This document shows, in pieces, positions 17,492-27,600 of a stretch of 64,000 bases of DNA (its first letter is position 1; each line of letters starts with the position of its first letter). A model generated the notes under the pieces. The model saw nothing but the letters and a program-made list of their open reading frames with translations. It ran no database searches and was not told the origin of the DNA. Position numbers and translations under genes: made by a program. The stretch is from a virus (taxonomy: Duplodnaviria; Caudoviricetes): positions 32,001-96,000 of the IMG/VR virus record IMGVR_UViG_2706796498_000001; one strand, given 5' to 3'.

Positions 17492-18204
17492 TACATAGCC
17501 TCCTTTTGGTTGTACTGTTCAATGTTTCTAATAATGGCTTCACGAATGATATTAGATATAATTTTAGCCTTTTGAGGATCAAAAGACCGGGCGTTTACTT
17601 GTTGTTGAATAGCGTTACGTCCGACAACCCAACTCATAGGATCTGACTTATCGGACACGGTTCTGAAAGTAATGTAGTGTCCATACTTACCACCACCTGA
17701 TTGAATACGGGTAATGTTAGTGGACTTCCATTGATAAGCCAGTGCCCCCTCACCTTCACCTGAACTATTAAGGACTTTTTTAAAGCGTTCAATATTAGCA
17801 TTCTGGCCACCAGTTTCTCCAAAATTTAAGTGGCTAATATCGTCCCACAATGACCGACCATAGGCCATTCGCATTTTGGTAGTGGATTGGAAACCACCAA
17901 CTGGAATCTTTAGATACCAGCCACCATCTTTGGTTGGCTTGGCTTTGGGTGACTGCATGAAGTATGGCTTTAGATCAATGAACCTAATTTGTTCATTGGT
18001 ACTAGTATCTTCAATTACTTTATAAGCAACTTTTAAACCATTAGTGCTAAGTTTAATGGCTTGTTTACCAAAAGTTTGTTCTAGTTGCTTTTGTAACCCT
18101 TTAGCATATGAATTAACATATTTTTCTTTACTAACATCATCTTCAAGGTATTTCTTTAAAGCATTAATACCTTCACGACCAATTAAGTTACCAATACTAG
18201 CCAT
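17491..18204 (-). CDS. Head-tail module protein
   Basis: IDLKPYF.QS...GGWYL.IP and YITFRTVSDKS.P.SW motifs of Twort-like structural proteins. Confidence 0.65.
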   Translation of the reverse strand: MASIGNLIGREGINALKKYLEDDVSKEKYVNSYAKGLQKQLEQTFGKQAIKLSTNGLKVAYKVIEDTSTNEQIRFIDLKPYFMQSPKAKPTKDGGWYLKIPVGGFQSTTKMRMAYGRSLWDDISHLNFGETGGQNANIERFKKVLNSSGEGEGALAYQWKSTNITRIQSGGGKYGHYITFRTVSDKSDPMSWVVGRNAIQQQVNARSFDPQKAKIISNIIREAIIRNIEQYNQKEAM

Positions 18205-18206
18205 GA

Positions 18207-19181
18207 TTAATCACCTAAGAAGTCATTCATTTCAGTAACCCGTGGATCAGTAATGGCTGTATTACCATTGCTTTCCTTATTAGTAAGATTAATATTTGAG
18301 AAATATAGGTTTTCCCGCTTTAACCTTAACTGGGGTGGCAAACGGTAGATTTGTTTCTTGCTAGTATCAATTAGCTTCCCATCTCGGTTTTGAACTTGTG
18401 GAAATTTAACCTGATCCATCTGCATAGCCTGTTGATTACTAAGGTAACTATTAAGGGTCGTATAATCACTGGTTTCATCGCTACTAATTTCACCAGTACC
18501 ATTACCAAGTGCCCACAGCTTTTGAGCTAGGTTTAGGTATTTTTGGTAACGTAATTCCTTCTCAAGGCTAACTACATAGAAACGCTTAACTACCTCTAGG
18601 CTTAGGGAGATAGTACTATTCAACAGTTGATCGTTAGTTACTTTTAAGAAGTCGCCATCAAGAGTTAAGTCACCCTCTTTTAGCCGGGATAAACTACCAC
18701 CTGAAATGGTATAGGCTTCATTAATGGATTGTACTTTATATGGTAAATAGATACCATTATTCAATCGTTGCTGGTCTACATTGAAGATATAATTTTCACT
18801 AGTAGTCCAACCGGGGACTGTAATACGATCTCCGGGTTTAATTCCTTGCTCAACTTGGTTAATAGTAACTTGAGGAGTTGCCAAGGTTGCCCCATTTTGA
18901 TCTAGCCCTTGTGTATTTAGACTAAACTGTTTTTGATCAGATAGAAAAGCAATATCCAAAGATTTAGGGTGCATGAAGATAAATCCCTGTCCATGACAGA
19001 TTGGGCAATCTGGTTTTGGTTGTAAGGTTTGTGGGTCAACACAGGGACACTTATAGGACTGTTCATAGATACTTTCAATCGAATGTTGTTCGATTAATTG
19101 GACAACGTATTTAATTTCGATCGGTTTCATTTGTGACTGAACATAGAGTGGGTTCAGACGTTCAACTGTTTCATTTTCCAT
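18207..19181 (-). CDS. Head completion/neck protein
   Basis: CPC...CPICHGQG motif; late motif GGTTATATTA on the minus strand at 19204-19213. Confidence 0.7.
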   Translation of the reverse strand: MENETVERLNPLYVQSQMKPIEIKYVVQLIEQHSIESIYEQSYKCPCVDPQTLQPKPDCPICHGQGFIFMHPKSLDIAFLSDQKQFSLNTQGLDQNGATLATPQVTINQVEQGIKPGDRITVPGWTTSENYIFNVDQQRLNNGIYLPYKVQSINEAYTISGGSLSRLKEGDLTLDGDFLKVTNDQLLNSTISLSLEVVKRFYVVSLEKELRYQKYLNLAQKLWALGNGTGEISSDETSDYTTLNSYLSNQQAMQMDQVKFPQVQNRDGKLIDTSKKQIYRLPPQLRLKRENLYFSNINLTNKESNGNTAITDPRVTEMNDFLGD

Positions 19182-19232
19182 TTAATCACCACCATTTCTT
19201 ATTTAATATAACCCGTTAACCTAAAAAAAGTG

Positions 19233-19261
19233 TTGACAATTAACTATGATTGTTACATAAT
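19233..19261 (+). promoter_or_regulatory. Sigma-A-type promoter
   Basis: TTGACA-17 nt-CATAAT. Confidence 0.7.
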
Positions 19262-19287
19262 AAAGATGTCATAAGATAATAAAAGGA

Positions 19288-19512
19288 GTGATTAATTTGT
19301 TAAATGGTTATGGAAAGTATCTCAAGAAGCATGGGATTAGTCAGGTGAAACTAGCTGAATTTGAGGGTGTTTTCAAACAGTCAGTTAATTACCGGGCGCA
19401 TTCTAAGTTTGGTAATATCCGTTTTTGCCATATGGAAAGCCTTGCTAAGTTTGTCAACAAGACGACAGGCGAAGTAATGGAAGAGTGTTTAGATTTAGAA
19501 GAAGGGAAGTAG
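19288..19512 (+). CDS. XRE-like HTH protein
   Basis: YLKKHGISQVKLAE..GV.KQSVN helix-turn-helix pattern. Confidence 0.6.
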   Translation: MINLLNGYGKYLKKHGISQVKLAEFEGVFKQSVNYRAHSKFGNIRFCHMESLAKFVNKTTGEVMEECLDLEEGK

Positions 19513-19519
19513 TAATACT

Positions 19520-19777
19520 ATGGTTAGCCCAGATCGATTAAATGCAATTGGTATGTATGTTAAGAATCATGACATTGACAAAGAACAGTTTGCGAAGATT
19601 ATTAAAGTACCTCTTAATGTTTTAAATTCTGACCTTGCTTATCAAGGAAATATCTATAATAAGTCTGTAAGGTTCTATTATGCTTTGGCTAAGGTTTCTG
19701 GTTTACCTTTAGATGATATAATTAAGGAAATCAGAAAACTTGATACAAGTATCAAGAAACAACGAGGTGAAGATTAG
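19520..19777 (+). CDS. XRE-like HTH protein
   Basis: YVKNHDIDKEQFAKIIKVPLNVL...LAKVSGLPLDDII pattern. Confidence 0.5.
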   Translation: MVSPDRLNAIGMYVKNHDIDKEQFAKIIKVPLNVLNSDLAYQGNIYNKSVRFYYALAKVSGLPLDDIIKEIRKLDTSIKKQRGED

Positions 19778-20422
19778 ATGGCAACAAGTCAACAACGAGA
19801 ACAGATCTTAAAGGAAATGCGAGAGAAGGAACGTCAGCAAGCTGAAATTGCTAAGCGGACGGGTCGGGCACCAGTAGGTGGAATGGCTCCCAAAGAAGAA
19901 GAAAAGAAGGTTAAGAAGGACGATACCCCCGTAGATACTGATTTACGGGTTAAGCAATTAGAGGAACAGTTAAAGAAGGCCAAGGAAGAAAATGCTGATT
20001 TAACTGATCAACTTGACGCTAAGAATAGTTCTAAGCGGTATTCCAAGGAACAAGAAGCATTAGCTGATATTACTAGCTCGAATGACGCTTATCATTTTGT
20101 CAAGGAATATACTTATGATGTTAGTTACCCTACCAATGGAACTAAGCAAAAGAAGATTGTGGTTAAAATGCACGCACCGAGCGTAGCAGAACAGGCCAAG
20201 ATTCAAGGGAATTACGTTGAGTTGACTAATGGTTTAGGTGATGGCTTCCTAGCTAATGCAAAGGATTTATTCCTAGCTATTGCTTACTTCCAAGTAGTTG
20301 GTGATAATGTCCCTGTATGGTTTACTAATTTAGATAACACTTATCGGACAGATGTGTTATTCCAAGTATGGGGGGACTACCAAGAATGGTTATACTCCTT
20401 TCTGGACACCCAAGCACAATAA
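19778..20422 (+). CDS. Tail assembly chaperone (gpG-like)
   Basis: MHAPSVAEQAKI...AIAYFQVVG..VP.W; lies two genes before the tape measure gene. Confidence 0.7.
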   Translation: MATSQQREQILKEMREKERQQAEIAKRTGRAPVGGMAPKEEEKKVKKDDTPVDTDLRVKQLEEQLKKAKEENADLTDQLDAKNSSKRYSKEQEALADITSSNDAYHFVKEYTYDVSYPTNGTKQKKIVVKMHAPSVAEQAKIQGNYVELTNGLGDGFLANAKDLFLAIAYFQVVGDNVPVWFTNLDNTYRTDVLFQVWGDYQEWLYSFLDTQAQ

Positions 20423-20966
20423 AGATGATGAAGTTGAGAATTACAACCCATTAGTTAGTCCCGCAATTAATAAGGTTGGTGGGATTGAACCGCTAGTTAA
20501 GTCAGTTTCTGGTCGTAACTTGTGGGCAATCATGAAATTTTTCAGGGTTCTTCCTAATGACCCTAAACTTAGGTCATTAACCTATGCACAGCGTGAATTT
20601 ATCATTCAGTCTATGAATGAGGACGTTCGTGAACAAGAATTGGCCGCTAAGGGTATGGAAGAAACGGCTTCGTACTCTGATGATAGTTTTGAAAAGAAGT
20701 TCTATTCTAACAAGGAAGAAGATCTTCTTGAGGGTGATGAAGATCTAGATAAACTTTATCAACAGTCCTTACAATTAAAGCAAAAGACAGATATTAATGC
20801 TGGTATGCAAGCTAAGGACTTATCACAGTATGATAAAGAAATTACTGAAAAGATCAATACTGCCCTGTATGAACATCAAAAGAAACAAGAAAGTGCCCAC
20901 CAACAGATTCAACAGAATTGGGACGACATTCTTAAAGATTCTAAACAGTATCAAGATAATGATTAA
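20352..20966 (+). CDS. Tail assembly chaperone C-terminal part (gpT-like), probably made by +1 frameshift
   Basis: GGI..LVKS..GRNLWAIMKFF.VLPNDP motif; overlaps the upstream gene in the +1 frame and has no RBS. Confidence 0.65.
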   Translation: MCYSKYGGTTKNGYTPFWTPKHNKDDEVENYNPLVSPAINKVGGIEPLVKSVSGRNLWAIMKFFRVLPNDPKLRSLTYAQREFIIQSMNEDVREQELAAKGMEETASYSDDSFEKKFYSNKEEDLLEGDEDLDKLYQQSLQLKQKTDINAGMQAKDLSQYDKEITEKINTALYEHQKKQESAHQQIQQNWDDILKDSKQYQDND

Positions 20967-20991
20967 GACCTACCGAAAAGTAGGTCTTTTC
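20965..20991 (+). terminator. Intrinsic terminator
   Basis: AAGACCTAC-CGAAAA-GTAGGTCTTTT. Confidence 0.8.
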
Positions 20992-21022
20992 TTGTATATT
21001 ACGATTGATAGGTGGTGAAATA

Positions 21023-24000
21023 ATGACTGAATATGATTTAACATTAAAGCTGGCAAGTGGGACTGCTGTTCCTTTACAAAAACGAGTTAAACAGCTTGAG
21101 AAAGAAATTGACCAGGTTTATAAATCCGGGATTAACAACAATAATACAATCTCTAATAAGCGGTCTACTAATTTACAACGTGATCTAGTATACGCACTTA
21201 ACCAACTCAAGGAACAACAGGATAACCTTGAGGGTGAATTAAATAGTACCACCCTTTATAACCGACAGGCTTATCAACAATTGGTTGACGCCTTGGATAA
21301 AGCTACCCAAGGAATTGACCAGATTAATTCCTTAGCCAACAGTGATAAATATCAAGATATTCAGTCATTTAATCTATCCTCATCAAAGGTATATCAGAGT
21401 TCAGAGTATGCTGATCAACAACAAGCCAACGATTTTGTTAATTCTGAATTAGGTAAAGAAGTTAAGAATATCGTTTTACGATCAACAACTCAATCTAATC
21501 GTTGGAATCAGAGTGTCGATTCTGGGGTTGTTACTTACCAAAAGTATCAGGAGTATGTATCAAATAATCAGTATACCCGAGAAAAAATAACTGATTTAGA
21601 TAGCCAAGTAACTGATCAACGGAATAACATTCAATCCCAAATTGACGTATTAAGTTCTCAACAAGATCAAATTAAGGGCCAAGATAGTTTAAGTGTCGAT
21701 GATGTAAACACCCTAGCGGGAATTAGGGAGCAATTAAATAACTTATCAAAGAGTGGTAAGTATCTAGATGAGTTGTCTAATCGGCTAACTCAAGCTCAAG
21801 AAGCGGTTACTAGGACTGGTGAAGCAATTCACGCTAAGACCAGTATTGATAATGTTACTAATAATACTGATACCAAAGATACCATTAAGGTATTACCTAG
21901 CAATGATTCTATTGCTGGGTATATCCACAATCACCGTTCTTTCTTAATTCGTCAAGCAGTTAGAACCGCTTTAATTGCTGGCCCTTATTATGTATCACAA
22001 GGTAGCAATGCTCGTCTTACTACCTTTAATAATATCGCAGGGGCTATGTATGCACGAGGCGGTGGTGATAATAGTATTGTTAATACCCTAGGTAACAATA
22101 AGTTAGGAATGGACTTATCAGAAAGTTCAGCTTATCTAGGGGCGTATACTCGCAATACTGGTAAGGGTAATCTATCAAACAAGTCTATTTCTAAACTTAC
22201 CAACACTTGGGGAGCTTTAGCACTTACCAACGGAGCAAGTAGTAATACAGTCGCTAATTTGTTAGGTGTGGCCGCGCTTACTAATACGCAAGGATTGTCA
22301 GCAAGTGATAGTGAGCGTTTAGCAGACGCAATTCAGAATAGTCTAACCAATTCTCATACTAGTGCGAAGGCTGATTCCCAATTAAAAGCCTTATCTAGTA
22401 TGTATCAGACTGCGGCAACTAGTGGTAAGTTGACCACCAAAGATCAGATTAATATTGCTGGTTTCCAGTCAATGATGAGTAAGACTGGTTCTTCTTGGCA
22501 AGGTAGCGCAGGTGCCCAAGCCTATTCTGGTTTAGCTAATGTATCTAATAATGCTAATAGCCAAAACCAACAGTTATCATTATGGTTAGATAACAAGAAC
22601 TTTACTGGGTATAATCAATCCGGTAATATGGTAGCCTTAAAGACTGCACAACGGGCTAAGTCAGACCCTTATTTATACAAGACACCTATTGGTAACTTAT
22701 ATCGGACTGCTAGACAGCAAACCAGTAGCAAGTCCGGGGCAATTGCAGTTACTACTCAAAACTTGGTAACTTTGTCTGGAAACTCACTATCATATGAACA
22801 GGCTAATTCATTAGTCAAGTTGTATGCTGATGGCAAGTTTACCCGTGCTAACGTTAAGAAACAGACTAAAGGTAAAGGGGTAAATAGTAAGAAGTATCAT
22901 AAGACTGGTACTAGCTCCATTCGCTCCCAACAGCAAGCAATTCAATCATCACAAATTAAAGCGTCCCAATCAATAGATGGTTTAAGACGTAATCTAAGCT
23001 CCTTTACCCATTCTCACCCAATGATAAGTGCAATTGGTTTTGTTGGCGGAAGTGCCTTGATGGGGGCTAGTGATGGTATTATCAATGCCGCTATTGAGGG
23101 TGGTTCACTAGCTACAATGGGGGCTGGTGTAAAGAGTGTTGCTAAATCTGGGCTTTCGGTTTTGTCCAAAATGCCTAAGACAGGTAAAGTTGGTACCATT
23201 GTTGGTATAGGTGTTGGGATTGGAACTGGTTTGTTATTAATGTCAGGCAATGCTAAGGCAAGTACCAAAGACAAGGATAACAAAGCCAAGATGACCAGTA
23301 CGCAATCACGTACACAATCACGTACACAAAATAGTCAAGCATATACACCACGTAAAAAGTCAGCTAAGCATAAAAGTATTCTTACTAGTATTAAGGACGG
23401 GGTTTTACATTTTCTGTCCGAGCTAGGCGTATATCGTGTTAAACACAAAGATGTTAATGCTTCTCAAAAGCAATTAATTAAGCACTTGAGAATGTGGTTC
23501 AACGAGATATATAAGAAAGTTAAGAATGCGGCCAAGAATGGTTCAAGTGATTCTAAGACTGCTGGTGACGTTTCCAATGATGGGGCAACTAAGTCAAAGG
23601 AATACTGGTTAAAGAAGGCCAAGGAAGTTGCTAAGGCAATGGGGGTTGACATTAGTGATTCACAGCTAGAAAACTTAATGAAGTTAATTGCGGGCGAATC
23701 CAACTATGATCAAACCATTACTCAACAAATTCAAGATGTTAATTCAGCTAATGGTGACCCAGCCAAAGGGTTATTACAGATGATTCAAGGAACCTTTAAC
23801 AAGTATAAAGTTAAAGGTCATGATAATATCCTTTCCGGGGTTGATCAACTTTATGCTTTCTTTAACATTGCTAACTGGGCCAGTTATCTCTATGGTCACG
23901 CTGGTTGGTCACCTTCTGGCCCTACCCGAGGTTATGCTAATGGGGGCTTAGTAACTCATGCTACCGGGGGTAGTATGACAGGCCCTATTCAAGGTATGCG

Positions 24001-24259
24001 TACTAGCCGAGAAAGTGCCCCAGTATCTATGCTTGACTTGAGGGCTTTGCAGACTCGTTACACAACCCTTAACCAAGCTAATAGCGTTGTTCATAGGGTA
24101 AAGAGAAATGCTCCGAAAATAAAAGTTAAAATAGATACGTCACAAGCCGTTCAAAGCCGGAATAAAAATGATATTATAGATAGTATCATTAACGATACAT
24201 TTAATGCGTGGGTTAATAATAGCCAACAACAGATAATGTTAGACTACTACTCACATTAA
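21023..24259 (+). CDS. Tape-measure-like tail protein with C-terminal lytic transglycosylase domain
   Basis: Long helical Q/S/A-rich protein; IAGESN...GDPAKGLLQMIQGTF SLT motif; follows the chaperones. Confidence 0.75.
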   Translation: MTEYDLTLKLASGTAVPLQKRVKQLEKEIDQVYKSGINNNNTISNKRSTNLQRDLVYALNQLKEQQDNLEGELNSTTLYNRQAYQQLVDALDKATQGIDQINSLANSDKYQDIQSFNLSSSKVYQSSEYADQQQANDFVNSELGKEVKNIVLRSTTQSNRWNQSVDSGVVTYQKYQEYVSNNQYTREKITDLDSQVTDQRNNIQSQIDVLSSQQDQIKGQDSLSVDDVNTLAGIREQLNNLSKSGKYLDELSNRLTQAQEAVTRTGEAIHAKTSIDNVTNNTDTKDTIKVLPSNDSIAGYIHNHRSFLIRQAVRTALIAGPYYVSQGSNARLTTFNNIAGAMYARGGGDNSIVNTLGNNKLGMDLSESSAYLGAYTRNTGKGNLSNKSISKLTNTWGALALTNGASSNTVANLLGVAALTNTQGLSASDSERLADAIQNSLTNSHTSAKADSQLKALSSMYQTAATSGKLTTKDQINIAGFQSMMSKTGSSWQGSAGAQAYSGLANVSNNANSQNQQLSLWLDNKNFTGYNQSGNMVALKTAQRAKSDPYLYKTPIGNLYRTARQQTSSKSGAIAVTTQNLVTLSGNSLSYEQANSLVKLYADGKFTRANVKKQTKGKGVNSKKYHKTGTSSIRSQQQAIQSSQIKASQSIDGLRRNLSSFTHSHPMISAIGFVGGSALMGASDGIINAAIEGGSLATMGAGVKSVAKSGLSVLSKMPKTGKVGTIVGIGVGIGTGLLLMSGNAKASTKDKDNKAKMTSTQSRTQSRTQNSQAYTPRKKSAKHKSILTSIKDGVLHFLSELGVYRVKHKDVNASQKQLIKHLRMWFNEIYKKVKNAAKNGSSDSKTAGDVSNDGATKSKEYWLKKAKEVAKAMGVDISDSQLENLMKLIAGESNYDQTITQQIQDVNSANGDPAKGLLQMIQGTFNKYKVKGHDNILSGVDQLYAFFNIANWASYLYGHAGWSPSGPTRGYANGGLVTHATGGSMTGPIQGMRTSRESAPVSMLDLRALQTRYTTLNQANSVVHRVKRNAPKIKVKIDTSQAVQSRNKNDIIDSIINDTFNAWVNNSQQQIMLDYYSH

Positions 24260-24271
24260 GGAGGAACTAGA

Positions 24272-24616
24272 ATGCACTTTGTAATCTATGAAAAGACAGA
24301 CTGTTCTAATTGTATGCGTACGATGGCCCTGTTGCGGGGCATGAAGTCCGCTGTTGCTACTAACTACTATGGTGATGAATCAAAGCCTAATCTAGCTGAT
24401 TTCACGACTGATGACCCAGACAAGGTTGCTTATCGGGAACACTTGGTAGATAAGTTAAAGACCCGTTATAATGCAATGTCATTCCCGGTAGTTAAGGTTG
24501 TGGACAAGGATAACAACCTTATTGATTATTGGGACGGCTTTAACCCCAAGAAGATTTTTGAGTATGGAAAAAAGACCGATCAAGAAGAACTACAAGTAGT
24601 CAATGAGGAACACTAG
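24272..24616 (+). CDS. nrdH: NrdH-like glutaredoxin
   Basis: VIYEKTDCSNC, SFPVV and WDGFNP motifs. Confidence 0.75.
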   Translation: MHFVIYEKTDCSNCMRTMALLRGMKSAVATNYYGDESKPNLADFTTDDPDKVAYREHLVDKLKTRYNAMSFPVVKVVDKDNNLIDYWDGFNPKKIFEYGKKTDQEELQVVNEEH

Positions 24617-24660
24617 GCTATATTAAAGTAGAACAAACCTTATAGAAAGGACTAAAATTA

Positions 24661-27600
24661 ATGGCAACAATTGATACAAGCGTTTTGCCTTACAATAATA
24701 AATTTAATCGGGCAAAGCGTTTTAGCGAGGTGCTATTTCGTCCGGGACGCCCCGCCCTTTCCCAAGAGTTATTAGAAGAACAATCAATTAAAAATGACCA
24801 GTTAAATATGCTAGGATCAACCGTGTTTGCCGAGGGTGCGGTAGTTTCTGGTATGCAGGTGGTACCAGTAGCTACTACGGCTTCTTCTACCAGTAATAGT
24901 CAAAACCTATTTAGTGTCGCCACTCTTAGTGCTACTAATGCAACCCTTTCTACGACTGATTATGTAGCTAAGGGTAACATTAACTTTACCAGTGCGGCTA
25001 ACGTTAGTACAGACCAATCAGCAATGGGTTTCAGTGTTAATGTTACTAAGGGCTTAGGTCTAACTATTGCCTTTAACGTTACCAAGACTACAGGTATTCT
25101 AGATAAGTTAAATCTGGACTTTGATGGTTCTCAACTTACTTTAAAGAAGTGGACACTTGATGGAGTAACAATGCTTAATTCGTCATTAACAGATATGGCG
25201 AGTGCGAACTACAACATTGATTCAAATAATAATCAGGTAAACATTAATACTACTACTGCACACAAAGTGGTTGTTGTGTTCGATACCCTGATTTCTGGTA
25301 ATACAGACTTAGCATTATATATTAATGCGGGGTATGATAACTCAAATTCCATTGTAGGGGTTGTAATTAATAACCCAATGGCTGTGGAAGGAACAACCGA
25401 AAAGCCTTATGTAATTTCTAGTAAGGACACAACCACTGCTTCTAGCACAGAGAAGGTTAAGAATTACAAAGTTACTGCTGGTCGAGTATGGTTAGGTGGG
25501 CTAGTTCGTGAATTTGATGAACAAACCTTTTCCATTACTGGGACTGGTAAGGAAACAATTGGTTTATCCTTAAATGAAACCATTGTTACTAGCGCCGATG
25601 ATAAGGATTTATTAGATGATACACCGGGTACGGTTACAAATGGTTTAGCTGGGGCTGACCGTTTGAAGTATCAAGTGGTATTAACCTATAATGATAATTC
25701 AGCAGTTGACTTCGTTGTATTCCAAGATAATGTTATTAATCAAAGTGAGGTTCGACCAGACTATACTAATATCACCAAGATTTTAGCTAAGCGGACTTAT
25801 GACCAGTCGGGTTCTTTCCGAACAGAAGGCTTTGAGGTTCACCCTCACTTAAACTCTGATTCATCTAAGGGCGCTCAAGACCCAATGGACGCTAACAAGA
25901 TTCTGTTAGATGTAGATAAGGGTCAAGCGTATGTTCAAGGTTATTCAATTGCCACCGATTCGACAACTAATTTAAGGGTACGAATTGCTAATGATACAGG
26001 AACTACTACCAATGAAGGTCACTATTACAAGGGTGACGGTAGTAAGTATGAACTAATTAATCAACCTGTTAAGGCAGTTAATGGGGTTAGCTTTACTTCA
26101 CGTAAAACAGTAACTTATACTCGTCCTGTTGGTGGTGGTAACTTAGATACGTTTACTCCAGATAATGTTACCTATATTCGTCAGGTTTATGATAACACCC
26201 ACCAATATACAGCAGGTGTAGATTTTACTTACGTTAATAATGTTATTCACTGGGGCCAAGATCTTTCTGGTAAGTCTTTGGCTGGGGCTAATGTCCCTAA
26301 TCAAGGTCAATCATATACAGTAGTTTATGACTACTCAACTAACGCAGTTCAAGGTACTGATTATACTGTGGTTACAGAGGGTGGAACCACGTATATTGAT
26401 ATTGATGATTCAAAAGGTGCTAAGCCAGTAGCAGGTTCGACTATCACGGTATCTTATGTATACTTTGAAGCACGAATTGATATGATTAGAATTACAATGG
26501 ATAACTCAAATCCATTTAAGATTATCGAAGGGCAACCGGCCCCACTTGCTTCGGTTACTCCACCAGTGGTTAATGACCCTTACTCTTTGGAATTAGGGTA
26601 TGTATTAATCTATCCTAACTCTCACAATGCAGTCTTTACTATGCAGACTGTAACTCGGCAAACCTTTGAAACACTACAACAATGGGGACGCCGGTTAACT
26701 AACACCGAATACAATTTAGCGATTGCTAACATGAACCAAACAGTTGCCCGGTCAGAAGATCCTAGCTTGATGAAAGATGTTCTTTCTGACAGTTTTAACA
26801 CGATTAACAACCGTGATGACGCTAACTCTACGGTTGCCTATGACTTTGAAAACGGTGAAATCCTATTACCTAGTCAAGCAATGGCCGACTTAACTCCTAC
26901 TATTGACTATGATAATTCACAAGTAGCCATTAAGGGATCGTCAGTTGCCCCTAAGGGTTCATTAGTTACCCCACCATATCATGAAGAAGTGGCTATTAAT
27001 CAGCCAATTTCAACTGGGACAACCAATGTTAATGAATTTAATATCTTTAGTGCTAATGGTACTTTGACAATCAATCCTGCTAGTGATAACTGGATTGATA
27101 CAGATTCTACTACGGTTACTCGGGAAACTGACGCTGGTAAGGTTAGCCTTAATAAGTGGTGGTACCATACCAATGGTGACGTAGCCGTTGGTCGGACGGG
27201 TAAAACCCAATCTTATGCTGACGCTATTAGTCAACAGTACCAATACTCTAACTTACAGGGTATTAATTGGATCAATGAAGGTCTACAAACTGGGTATATG
27301 CTAACCGATGGTGGATCTACCACTACTGAAAGTGCTATTGAGTACATGCGGCAACGAACCATTTCATTTGTGGCTCAAAACTTACCGGCCTTTTCTGACG
27401 GATATAAGATCACCATTGATGGGGTAGCGGCTCTTGACCCAACGCCTGCTAGTGATGATTATAAAGGTACTAATGGAGCCTTTAAGACTAATGCTAATGG
27501 TGAAATTCGTGGTACCTTTACGATTCCGGGTGGGGTAATTCGTTGTGGTACTCGGACGGTTAAGATTATTGATAATGCTAATGATCAGGCAAGCACCAAC

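Noticed and set aside
16382-19260. Invertase-controlled flip of the inverted neck block
   Set aside because: No flanking inverted repeats noticed and no recombinase in the window.
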